Source of the DNA: Azolla caroliniana
Taxonomy: Eukaryota > Plantae > Polypodiophyta
Reading direction: 5' to 3'
DNA length: 64,000 nt
Assembly (NCBI GenBank): GCA_043228905.1
Contig: JBHGNT010000001.1
Location: 33,108,001 to 33,172,000 of the forward strand
Part shown: positions 1 to 12,411 of the stretch, one piece after another
Layout of the letters: each line of letters starts with the position of its first letter
Numbering within the stretch: the stretch's first letter is position 1
Notes under the pieces: model-generated
Databases searched by the model: none
What the model was told of the DNA's origin: nothing
What the model saw: only the letters and a program-made list of their open reading frames with translations
Made by a program: the position numbers and the translations under genes

Positions 1-21
1 TTAATTAGAACTTGTATATAC

Positions 22-387
22 CTTGCAAAGTCCAGATATGATAACCTCATCACCATCTTCAAGATATTTTCTTGTCCCACCATGTTCAAGTATCACATCA
101 TTTTTTCCATTGTTAGACATCTCTAACAAGCATCCATAACTATCCAAATCCTATACACCAAACAAAAGTGTAATTTAAGATGTCACCGTAAATGAAATAA
201 GACTTATATTGCATTGTGTAAATTAATTTAAATTGCAGATATACCGGACCGCTGATGGTGCCAGATGCTAACAAATCACCAGGCCTCAAATTACAACCAT
301 TTATTGTATGATGAACCAGTTGTTGGGCCATGGTCCAGTACCTTCGCATAATCAAGCAAACTACAATAATCTCTCTTTTTTCGGTGA

Positions 388-431
<44 letters not shown>

Positions 432-2732
432 AGAAGAAAGAATTTGTCAATTGTGTCATGAAGGAGTGGAATCCGAAGAACACTATGTTTGTCACTGTAG
501 TGTCTTTTATGAAATCAGAGGGAGATACCATTGCCTTTTTAAACAAGGCTTTGGCCTGCTACGCAAGGTAATAGAATATGAGGACCAACGGTGCCTAGGA
601 CTTTTCGGGAAAAGTTGTTGAAGAATACAGCCACACAAGCTCATCCACAAAGAACAATCACAACTTTCTTTAGCCCCATCACTGCTACTAATGCTACAAG
701 TCAATCAAGTGATACACAAATGGGCTCCCCACCAAGACATAACAAAGGGGTTACAATTGATCGGGCAAGCAATTCGTCGTGCACATACGTGCACCCGGCC
801 CCATGGACCACGACCTTAACACCCTTGTCATCGACAGATAAAAGCCATTATCTCCCGCCATCGCAGGTGCTTCCCTCGCTTCTGAGACCTGTCCATTCTG
901 GATCGACCTATCCTAGAGATCTTTTGAAGACAAAAGTTACAATACATCTAACGTGCGAATCTCACATGCGCCAAAAACCAGTTTACCTCGTCTCTTTTTA
1001 TCTTATTTATTTATTGTGATTTGTTGTTCTCAAAGACGAGATAACACTTAAGATGTAATCTCTTGTTTGGTCTTATAGGCCATTTTGGCCTGTTAAAAGA
1101 CATTAATATTTCTTTCTTTCTTTCTCTCTCTCTCTCTGGTTCATGGGTTTTAAACCAAGTTCAAATTTCGTTATATGCACTACTTTATTAGAAGGCGGTA
1201 TCTGAATGATGCCAATCTTGTGGATCATGCAGATGCCCTATAGGGGAATAAAATGCATATGAAGCAAAAATACCCTTATTGAGTATCAAATTCCAGGTCT
1301 TACATATGTTTGAAATTGCTTCGGCATACAACAGATTGGCCTCAGAATGGACATAAGAAAGGGAATTGGGGAATACAAAGCAAAATTACACTTATTAAGC
1401 ATAAAAAAACAGAACTTACAGATGTTTGAAATTGCTCTGGCATACAACAGATGCCTTCTCTGCTCCATCTGGTTTGATTGCCACCTTCAGTAACCAACGA
1501 TTAGAAGAGTTAAGGTCTCGTGTGAAGATAATATCACAAATTTAAGAAACAAATAACCTAGTTGTTAATATCTTTAACCTGTATTGGTATATCATAAGTG
1601 AACCGTGATGTTTCTGTTAAGTATGGTAAACAACTTGGGTCCTGGAACAATTCAGAAAAAAGTACTAGTAAGATTTAGGTTACGATAGTACAGACAACAT
1701 TTCGCCACATGACTTAATGGGTATTGAAAATCACCTGTTTAATAGTTTCACATTTGAAAGGTTCTAATGCTTCAAGAGTTACTATCCATGGTGAAATACT
1801 TGTCCCTACGTAACGCCAATGAGAACATGAAACAGATGCAAAACCTTGTGTATAATTCAAGAGAATTTCCGCAATTCTTCATCATCCTCAATGCTCACCA
1901 AAGTTTTTGCCCAGGAATGGTCCAAGGGGTTGAGCCTCCCAAAATTGGATGTCCCTAGCTGTATATATACTATAAATTTCAATCTGAAAGATAACTAATG
2001 AATGGACATCCTTATAACAATAAAAAGATAACTAAAGTTTACTAAATTAGAGATATTTGATCTGGTATTGCTCACCACTCCAGTCATTCATTAATACCAA
2101 ACCAAAGATATGATCATATGCATTATCTATGGTCACTGGATGCCCAAGTTCATTGCCAGGACCCACAAAGAACGCCTACAAAGAAGAAACAGAATAAGAA
2201 ATATGATAGAAGAGTTGAACATGAAAAATCATCCAATCGCATATAATGAATAAATAAACTTTCTCACCATTTCTAATTCATAATCTAAACGCTTTGAGGA
2301 ACCAAAGCTTGGTAATTTATTTCCATCAGGGGTTGGTGTAAAAGACTGCCCCCTATATACAACAAACATCATTAGAGGTTAGTATATGTATGTATATGAA
2401 GAAACATCCCAAATGCTGGAAACTATTTCAAATTTGATTTTACTTAGGCCTGAACAGATCTGTCCCAGAAATAACTATAGATGATGATCGACCATGATAA
2501 GCAACTGGCAAATGTTTCCTGCACAAATTCATATCGACCACAAGAGTAACAGATCATCAGAATATTCAGACTTACAAGTTAGTCTGTGTGTGTGTGTGTG
2601 TGTGTGTATAAACCAGTTCAATCAGATAAAATTAAGGTGTTTTACTTGCATTGTATGATATTATACCAGGAATACAGCTGAATCAGATGTTCAAGAGTAA
2701 CAGATCATCAGAATATTCAGACTTACAAGTTA

Positions 2733-2767
<35 letters not shown>

Positions 2768-4989
2768 AACCAGTTCAATCAGATAAAATTAAGGTGTTTT
2801 ACTTGCATTGTATGATATTATACCAGGAATACAGCTGAATCAGATGTTTAGTTCCTAAGATATGTGTGAACCTAAAACACCACTAAAAACTAATGCTATT
2901 TGTATTAATATCTTGATTCTCTTAGCATTTTCGACAAACAGGAAAATTATTAGCCTTAGGCATTACGCAATCGGTTAATTGTCTCTCTTTCAGATAACAC
3001 TGTGAAATCTTAGGATATCTTCATCAATCCAAACCATCAGATTCTCGTTTCTACTTGTTCCATGACTATACTATTTAGGATTAAAACAAAAAATATGATT
3101 CTCTCTTATTAGAGAAAACTTAAAATGATAAATGTCTCACCAGTTGGGGGGGATTTCAGATTCTCCTCGGAATATCCTAGTGCAATTTAATGTATGATAT
3201 TCGGAAGAAAAGAAGTCAGAATAGTCTCCAATGACTGCTGGCAACTCCAATTTTACTTCATTCTGCAAACAATAGATATACAATTTTAATAAGAAATAAT
3301 GCACAATGGTATTAAATAGGAGGAGTGTTAATTAATTCACATGATCAACAAGAATGAAGAGACGATGGTATTTTGTGCTATATATATCTATTGAGACAGA
3401 AATAAGATTCTTACCATTGAAAAAACTCATTAACAACCATTACATCATATTGGAGATATTTTAATACTCAGCAATATACAAAAAATCAAGAATATGAGTA
3501 TTTTTCTTTATATATATTGGAAAATGTCAATCTTGAGAGCAGTAATACTTACTATAGGAATTAATGAACTCTTTCTCAGATTGACGTTATCTTTCAAGCT
3601 CGGATCTTCACCTATAATTGGCAACACATTTTCAAAGTTTAAGAAATCAATCCTCGTAGCCAGTTAATCATATGAACATGGAAGTACTTTCCTTCCAATA
3701 ATTAGCAACGGTATATTTGTGTTAAAAAAGCAGATAATGCACTTGCATGTTAAGCATGCCATCCACACACGTTATTACCTGACAAGAGCTTCTGGACAGT
3801 GGACCGTGCCTCTCTCCATGCAGGTCTCCCCATAGCCATGAATGAGTTCAAGGTCGGCTGCTCATACGTAATCAAAAGAAAATATTATAATTAAAGCCAA
3901 ACCAAGTTTAGCATTGATTGTTTAGCCAAAGAGAAGGAAAAATAATTACACAAAAAAGAGGATTTTTTTCTCATAAGAAAAGGCGCATTCAGGTGAGATC
4001 CAAGAAAACTCAGATACAGGAATTAGAGGAAACAAATAGAAGACAGATCTATGCAAGGCATTACCAAGAATCAAGAAAGAAAGAAGGAAAATGAAAAATA
4101 GCTGAGAAAGGAGCGGCTTGAAAATATTAGAGCGTAATTGGTTCTGCAAATCAATGAAGATAAGTGAGGAATGACTAAAACGGAAAGAAAGAACCAGTCC
4201 ATCTAATCGTGCAAAGAACTGAGAGAAATAAAGCTATCAGAGGTTTTAACTTCGCAAATCAATCAATGAAACGATGGACAAAGAATAGAAAGGAAGTAAG
4301 CCACCAAGAGAAACAAAAGCGACAACCAACACAGAGAACAATATTACCTGCTTTGTGCAATAATTTAATAAATTGCTCGAATTTCTTGTTAAATTAAATG
4401 ATTTGCGCATATTATTAGACCAATTAACAACGAGATTAAACAGAGAGAAACCAAGAGGAATTCGAATACAAGCCATCATGAGCTGACTGATCTTGCTGCA
4501 TGTGAAATAAACAATGGTTTTAATCAAAGAAACGAGGTACGGAAAGGGGTGAATAAAGAAAGAAAGTACATAGTGTAAAAGAGAGAGACATGAAGGGAAT
4601 AATGTACAGAAACCAGCAGAGCTCATATGCATGAAGTTGAGGAGCTTTAGGTGTTAAGCTCGTGTTAAAAACATTAATGGAAGGGGAAAGGCAAGGATTG
4701 GATTAAAGAGGAAGATGCAAGGTTTCTAGTGCAAAGCAATCAAGGCAAGGCAGAGAGAGAGAGAGAGAGATGGAACCTGCAGGAAGCAATCGGAAGAGGA
4801 GAGCAAGGGTCCAGTAAAGAGGCCGGACGCGGCGATTGCGCTGAGGTCAAGGACGAAGTCACCAATGGCGATGCCTGGGCGAGGGGAGGGGGAAGACGGG
4901 GGTGTGAAGACGCCATAAGGGAGGTTATGGATGGAGAACGGAGAATCCTCAGAAACTGGAACAATACAGGACGGGATGGAGCTTGCCAT
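22..4989 (-). CDS. FAH: Fumarylacetoacetase (tyrosine catabolism), 13 exons visible, final exon beyond the left edge of the window
   Basis: Hand-spliced exons 4989-4777, 3857-3779, 3611-3553, 3262-3141, 2518-2444, 2352-2268, 2175-2076, 1958-1899, 1805-1735, 1641-1579, 1484-1420, 341-245 and 150-22, all GT-AG with compatible phases. Motifs: [106 protein letters not shown]. Confidence 0.96.
431..1110 (+). mobile_element. 5'-truncated LINE 3' end (RTE-like C-terminal Cys/His finger), antisense inside an FAH intron
   Basis: [31 protein letters not shown] resembles the CCHC-type finger at the end of non-LTR reverse transcriptase ORFs. Bounded by (TC)n at about 391-430 and (TTTC)n/(TC)n at about 1108-1137. 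Clade assignment is tentative. Confidence 0.65.
2541..2848. repeat. Recent tandem duplication (151 and 157 bp units) within an FAH intron
   Basis: caagagtaacagatcatcag...aatcagatgtt occurs at 2541-2691 and 2692-2848. The copies look identical except for the length of an internal (GT)n tract. Confidence 0.95.
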
Positions 4990-5032
4990 AGCAGCTCTCT
5001 CTCTCACTGTCTCTGTGTCTCTGTCTGTGTCT

Positions 5033-5079
<47 letters not shown>

Positions 5080-5426
5080 TGAGAGAGAGAGAGAGAGAGA
5101 GAGTTACAAAGAAGAAGAAGAGTGAATGAATGAATAAATATGAAACGTGTGTGTGTGTATATTACGTTTCCATTAATTACAGATGTAGCCCCCCCTCCGT
5201 CTCATCCATTCATCCATCCAGTACATACATACAAATTTATGATACATTACATACATTAACAATATGTACATATGTACATAGCGCATCTACCTTATTATGT
5301 ATGTATGTATGTGTATGTGCTATTATTTTGTGCACTATGTATGTACATATGTAAATCATTCACGAGTCCCACTCTCCCTGCTGTGTCACGAGCTCTTTAT
5401 TAACGCACACACTCTTCAGTGTGTTG

Positions 5427-5495
5427 CACGTGTTCTCTCTCTTTCTCTCTCTCTCTCTTCACGTGCTCTTTCTCTCTCTCTCTCTCTCCCACGTG
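5427..5495. promoter_or_regulatory. Three G-boxes (CACGTG) separated by CT tracts, about 440-510 bp upstream of the FAH start codon
   Basis: CACGTG at 5427-5432, 5460-5465 and 5490-5495. Function is inferred. Confidence 0.45.
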
Positions 5496-7469
5496 CGCTG
5501 TCTATCCTTTTCCTTTCTTCACCAAATGACTCTAAAACTACAACTGTACTTGGTGATGATGAGATTGGATATTGTGGAATCAATGAGTTTGCAAGAAAAT
5601 GAACACTTGATCTGATGTATGTGGGGTGTATGTATATGGATCCAAACCCATGTTAGGTGTTAATTGGAAGCAAGGCAATACCCATGTTACTTACCCCTAT
5701 CTAGTATGAGTAAGAAGGACATGCAATCTTCCTAATTCTTTTTTTCTTAATGTGCTTCCATATGAAATGGATGTACATTGCCGTTGCATCCCAAAAACAC
5801 ATTCCACAATTGGTTAACACGACACATACTTTATCCTTTGTTAGTTAGTTTATAGTCTCCTCATTATTTAATCATGTCAAATATTACTTATTTGATAATT
5901 TGCTTGTTTTATGTCTAAAGACTTGTAATGTACAAGTTGAGTAGGTTTCAAGCTCGAGGGTTTAGGGTGAGAAGCATGTAATCATTGATGGTGAGAAGCA
6001 CTTGGGAATGACCATGACTATTTCACATGCTAGTGTTAGGTGTTTCTCCTACTTTGGGGCAGAGTGTGCAAATACAAGTCTCTCTAGATGAAAAGTCTAT
6101 TCCCAATTTCTAGATCACAACTATGAGTTTGGAGATTATTTGACCTTCTCACATAAATTGGCACGTTGATTCTCATCTGCAATGCCCCAACATCATATCT
6201 CACATTTAAATGAGGACAAGATAGAAAAACCTTCAATATAATAGTTTCGTGGTTATTCTAGTATGAAAAGGCTTAAACTATATTTTGGAAGAGGATAAAA
6301 GTTACTTTTCTGCTTTTTGATATCTTGAGATAGAGAATAGGGTTCAAAATTGGAGCTAGGTTTACTAAGATGAGCAACTTCATATTTGTGCATGTGTGGA
6401 GAGAGGCAAAGAGCAAACGAGAGAGTGTATGAAGATTGGTGCAAATAGGGCATGTCATTATCCAAGATGGGATAAAAGTTCTAGCCCAAACGTGAAGTCA
6501 CTATGTGGGTGACAACCAAATCATAAAAAATTACTTACAACCTTAACTTCAATCAATCGATGACATGTTCTTGTCACTTCATCTTTGGAAGTAGCCATGC
6601 TGAGATCTTACCATAGGAAGAAAAAGGAGATGTTACAACCATAGCTCCTTTGATTCAATGGCCAATGTTTGGTCTGTCTAAGTCTACATAACAAATACTT
6701 TGGCCATCATACTATTCACCTCTTGTTATTTACATAATAAATTTCCCAAGCCCATATCTTCTTTGTTTTGTAATGTTTTAAATGTACTTAGGTATTCATT
6801 TTCGCATTGATGACGAGTCTCGTGATTATGAACTATGTCCCTCCTTACAAGCTTCGTTAAGGCAAAGTAATAAACACAAAAGTTGTTCCGTTTCACATTG
6901 GGGTGGCCATTTGGCGTAAAGCTCTAGAGGCAATTTTGTCCTTGCTAAGAATTTCATTGGTTATATGGCGTGGAGCAAGGATGTGATCTGAGGTCCAGAA
7001 GAGACAGACGCCATACAAAAAACTAAACCAAAAGGAACTTCTTTAACTGTAGGTGGGTGGGATGTCTGCACTCTGCAGGACGGTCATCAACGGAGTCTCT
7101 CCACCTCCTCTTCGCGAGAGGGAAGGTAGACTTAGGACGAGCCGGCACCTCATCTTCCGAGCAGTGCAGGTGTGTTGTCTGAGCAAGGGTATGCTCACAC
7201 AAGAGACACGAACTATATAGAACAGATCCTGTTCAACCATCATCAAGATAACATCGTTGCGTCTATAAAAGCTTCATTTTAGTACAGGGCTTTATATGTG
7301 GGAGAGATAGCGATTGCCCTGCATACAGTCATGGCGTATCGAAATGTAGCTATGCACCATGGATGGTTCCCAGTGCCCACCCACTAAGAACTTTCCATGC
7401 TCTTTTACTGATCGGTTCCTGTGGCCAAACTTATGCACCACTTACAAATTTGGCCAGATATCACATCTC

Positions 7470-7960
7470 GCCTCGCCTCCTTTCTTAGGAGTCGTTGGAT
7501 GGTATCGCTTGCTCATCTCTATGTATGAATCTCCCAAATCCTTGTATCATGATGTTCCTCACCATACCAACCTTTTCTATGCCCCTACCACGTTTGCATT
7601 CATTGTTAATTTGACACAGGTACTAAAAATGAAGTTTGCTATTGCATGATCCACAATAAAGATCAAGGATTCAACTCCCCGCATGACTTCAAGCATGTAC
7701 ACCAAGTCACATGCCAAGGTATAGAAACAATGTTGACCCAAGTAATAATGATCATATGAGAACTAGAGAACTAGTAGTTGTAGATATCACTAAACCAAAG
7801 ATCTAGTTGATGATACTTGTAAAGATGGATATGCCACACCCGATCTCCATCATGGAGTGACATGTCTTCCCAAGGGTCTCATCCTTGGTTGCACATCATA
7901 GATGTCACCAAGTGACCTTCTTTTTGTTTTCTTTGCCCTACATTTTGGTCATTTTCTTCA
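7470..7960 (+). mobile_element. Highly degenerate Ty3/gypsy-like pol remnant
   Basis: PFLGVVGWYR and NLTQVLK resemble the gypsy RT/connection motif FLGLxGYYR...PLTxLLK. The rest is broken and boundaries are approximate. Confidence 0.3.
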
Positions 7961-9057
7961 TTGTCTTCTTGTTGTGAATGGCCAACATCCATGTGCTCAG
8001 ATTCAAGGTCTCATAAATGAATTACCTTATATATTGGACATGTGATAAGTAACTGATATTCATCCTCATCAAGGTTTACATTTCATATCTTTAGATTTCA
8101 GTGATGAAGCCTTGACGCTACCTCAATCCCTAACTTGTCTTAGTGAGCTCAAGAAATGTTAAGCCTCATGGGTTACATAAATTAAAACATCATTTCTTAG
8201 AATAGGGGGTTGTATATTGCACAATTTATGTATTGCTTAGGTATATAAGTGCCTAAAAAAATCCTTCAAGTGAAGCTTTTATGTCGCATCAAACTACACA
8301 AACCCACTTAATTTGAACAGATAATCCTACCATGTACCACATTAAAGACTTCCCTTTATCCATAATTAGATTCTATGCGAGTTAGCACACATTCTCTTTG
8401 ATGTAAGCAAGGGCATTAAGGCACCTGTGAAGACACTCAAAGCTAATGCACGTTTGCCTTGAACAAGTTCGTGACCTCGACCATCATACTCTGTTCTTTA
8501 CTGGCCAACAAAGTTCCCTTTGAATCATGAAATAATAGGAAATTATGAGAAAGCTGAGAATTTATACGAATCTAAACAGCCTATCAAACTTTGTTCCCTT
8601 CATAAAAAATTTCACTTGGCAAGACCAAAAGTTCAGCCAGCAATTTAGAACTTTCATTCAGACATTTAACAGAATCACCACTAAGGTTTACGACTTTTAA
8701 GGATGCTTTCTGCTCCTGAATAACATAAAGTTGAAGGAATGGTGAGTAGAAAAATATACTGTATAACCATAATGAATAATGAGACGATGCTCACACATAC
8801 AGAGGTACAAAAACCATTGTAAGATGCTGCAACTTCCAAGTTATACATAGAATCCATGACCACATATAACCATATTCTCACATGGTAGAATTGAGCATCC
8901 TATAACAATAATTATTCACGGATTTCTTGTTCAATGTGAGAGATGATCAAGCAGGCCTTCAAATTCTAGCATTTTCATGCTAATGATAGAACAAATGGAA
9001 CAAAAATTTATTTTGCAATGGTCTACTGTTTGTTTCTTGTACCAATAAGACCCTCAC

Positions 9058-11475
9058 TTAGTAACCCCAGTTGTGGTTCCTGATTTCCTCATCAAATTTG
9101 TCCTTAACCTCTGGATGCTTCGCAAAGTATTCATCGACAGTCATATTTTTTATGGCTTCCTGTTTAAATGAAACCCATTAAATGCTGCTAGACATTTCCT
9201 GCTATGGTAGAAAATATATTGGAAAAAACCAAAATAGCCCCCACAACTTGATGGGTGTTTATTGGAATACCCCAAGTTTTCAGAATTGAGCAGAAAATCC
9301 CCTTATAGTGTAAGTTAAAGGATATTCCAGTAAGCATCAAACAAGTTAGGAGTAAATTGATATTTTGTCCTAACTAAATCCATGGAAGTAGGCACATACT
9401 TTTTCTTCGCGTATCCTCTTCAAATTCAATTTACATTCAGCTATCTTCAATTTTGATAGTTCCTCCTGTTCACCAACTTTAACCATCTGCCAGAACGCCC
9501 AATGCAGTAGTATTATAAACCTTCATGAGGCAAGAGGTATATGAATAAGACTTGCAGAATAACATAAAGAATGCAAATAAAGAATGTGGAAAAGACAATC
9601 GACAATATTTAATTCACATTGTGAAAATAAGAATCAAATAAAGCAAACAAAACCAATAGATTCACATCTCTCTTCGTGAAATCAAATGTATTTGTATGCA
9701 TGCACATACATAGTTACAATTCCATTTTCTAACATGCCATGCCTGTAATAACCATGTTTGTGAGTTTAAAGATATACATATGCTTACATTTCATAAGATC
9801 AGGATTAACGTATTGGGATTACAAAATGTATCCATTTTTTCTCTAAACACAGATACATGGAAAAATAGGAAATATATGAATATTGAGACGTTATACCATG
9901 TAAAAATCTACATATAATCTTCCATTATAATCAACAAAGATACATTGCATGCTATAAATGGAATTCAAACAAGACAAGAATTTTATTCTTTAAAGATGTA
10001 CCAATGCATCAAACTTCTTCTTGTATTCAGGGGTTACGTTGTCTTCATACTTGGGGATCTTCAGAGCTACAAACAAACAAAAGAAAATGAATATAAGGGG
10101 ACATTTCCTTAGAGATTAAGTTTAATAAAATACTGCTGGCAGCAATAATGACATGCATAAAATGACTCATGATCACCAGCACATAAAGAGTTTCTTATTT
10201 TAGCTCCAGAAATTCCCTTGTTTGCATATTATCCCAGGCCTCCAAAGTTTTTAATAGCCATAGAAGGAAAATATATTAATATACAATATGATTGTCCTGA
10301 TCTGGTTCATAAAGACCCATATAAACATTCATGATAAACCATATTGATGAGTAATGCCATAGGAACCATCAAGAAGTGTGACTCCATAGTATACTTGATC
10401 TTATAGAGAATTTGTAATAATGAGCATAATTTTCAATGTAGCCAGACTTACTTTCATAAGATTTCTGAAACATATCCACAATTCCAGGGTTGAGCCTTGC
10501 TCTATAGAAATCCCAGTCAATTGGTTTCGGTGTCTGACATGTGGACAATACAGGTTAGTAAACTATTGGACAAACTTAATAATTAACAAAATGATGTAAG
10601 AGTCCATCAGTTCTAAAAAACAGAATTTTCACTAAACATACAATCCTTAAATGAAACTTCAAAGACATGTCATCAGTTGTGAGCAACGAGAGATCACATT
10701 ATCACCGTCCACATTATCAGCTTTAGACAACAAAAAAGCTACCAATTTCTAATGTTTACCAAGATTCTATTCATAAATTGTCAACCTTAAGATAAGATTT
10801 CGAATATCTGGGCTGTTTTGATCCAGATTCATACTCATGTGCACCATCACTGCCATGCTTCTTCTACCTTTCAGATAATGGTTAAAGAAATGCATCATTC
10901 AAATCTAAATCTACGTATTTGATATGTTCCCAATGTTATCATCATCATGACATCATGATCATGATCATGGTCATATTCATAATCATGATCCTCATCAAGT
11001 AATCATGCCATCATGATTGACGTGCTTCACAATCACAAATTCTACAGCTACCTCCAATAAATATATGTTCATCATCAATTTATGAAATTCAGCATCACAA
11101 TTCAAACCTTAATTTACACTTACTTCCAGTACTCCAAACAAAAAGCAGGAAGAAAAAAAAGGAGAAATGTAAAAAGGTTTGAGATGAATCCTTCAACTTT
11201 GAATTCTAATGAAACCCTAGTTTACACAAAAGACAAAGACGAAAATAGAAATCTGTGGCAAGAAAAAACACAATAATGATGTTTTTCTTTTACTTTAGAG
11301 ACTGGGATCGTTGTCTTACCGCAGAGAACTTGGTCTCGATGACGTTACGGAAATCGTCGAAAGCCCTGCGCAGGTTGTTGAGCTCCCTTCGACCTTCTTC
11401 AGAGACCACTGCCTTCCCAAGGACATCCCAGTCCAGATCTTTCAGCACCTTCTGCGCCACTGCCTTCCCCGCCAT
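9058..11475 (-). CDS. ATPQ: Mitochondrial ATP synthase subunit d, 5 exons, 163 aa
   Basis: Exons 11475-11320, 10533-10452, 10066-10002, 9486-9400 and 9159-9058 (492 nt). Translation MAGKAVAQKVLKDLDWDVLGKAVVSEEGRRELNNLRRAFD...PIDWDFYR...IPKYEDNVTPEYK...MTVDEYFAKHPEVKDKFDEEIRNHNWGY* matches the plant subunit d family. Confidence 0.96.
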
Positions 11476-12089
11476 CGCCACAGGAACCACGAAGAAGAAG
11501 AAGAAGAAGAAGAAGAAGAAATCTCTCTCTGTCTCTGTTTTCTGTCTGTGTATTTTCTAGCTCTCTCTATCTCCTGTGTATTTAGATGCTACCTCAACTG
11601 CGACTGATCATGGGTTCGAATCCTTTATGCCCTTTCCTAACACTCCGTCCCCTAACTAATAACTATTATAAATTTATATCTAGTATTTCTGAAATTCCAA
11701 AATTGGCCTCCCTCCCCCCCCCCCCCCCCCCCCTTCTATCTCTCTTTCTTTTTCCTACCGAAGTGTCGAGAAGCCTCTCTCCCCTCTATCATTCTACTTT
11801 CGTCAAGAGGTCCCTTAATGAGGAAACTCCTCAGCAAGAAAAAAGATGCGTGGATTCCTGAACTGCACTTCATGTAGAGATTGGCCTTTCACATGGCTAA
11901 CACTCACAATGGGATGATACAAAATCCAAAGATGCAATGGAAAATGAGCCGACTAAGCTAATAAAAGATTCCTGATCTCAACATAACAACATTGTCGACA
12001 TAGAAACGATGGTTATGAGCCCACTTGGTTTCATTTTACAAACTACAATCAAGAAGCAAGGGGCAAGGGGTAGAATTGTGGGCACTCAC

Positions 12090-12260
12090 TGTCGAATACA
12101 AGTGTATAATGGACGTATTCACACTATCCCTTTGGGCCATTTGTGTAATTAGCATAAAGGGTAGTTGCCCTAAGTCGGTCACTATATATAGTGACCTTGT
12201 AACCTCTTTGTAAGGTTGGGTGTTGTATTGTTGCTTTGTTGAATAAGAAAGTCTTTTGTG

Positions 12261-12311
<51 letters not shown>

Positions 12312-12397
12312 AACGACCTACAATCTGTCATACACAGGTATTCAGAAAACAAAAGAATGCTTCTTGATCTTCCGCATAGACGACCTCGTCCCCAACA
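12090..12397 (+). repeat. 5' LTR (308 bp)
   Basis: By eye it differs from the 3' LTR only by one CT unit and one A/G substitution (tacacagg vs tacgcagg). Confidence 0.97.
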
Positions 12398-12399
12398 TC

Positions 12400-12411
12400 T
12401 GGTATCAGAGC
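12400..12411 (+). promoter_or_regulatory. Primer binding site complementary to the 3' end of initiator tRNA-Met
   Basis: TGGTATCAGAGC, 2 nt after the 5' LTR. This is the canonical plant copia PBS. Confidence 0.93.

Noticed and set aside
4729-5615. ORFs with SLSLSL, ERERER or VCVCVC runs
   Set aside because: These are translations of dinucleotide microsatellites.
11611-11623. tRNA gene suggested by a perfect B-box GGTTCGAATCC
   Set aside because: No A-box, acceptor stem or cloverleaf could be built around it.
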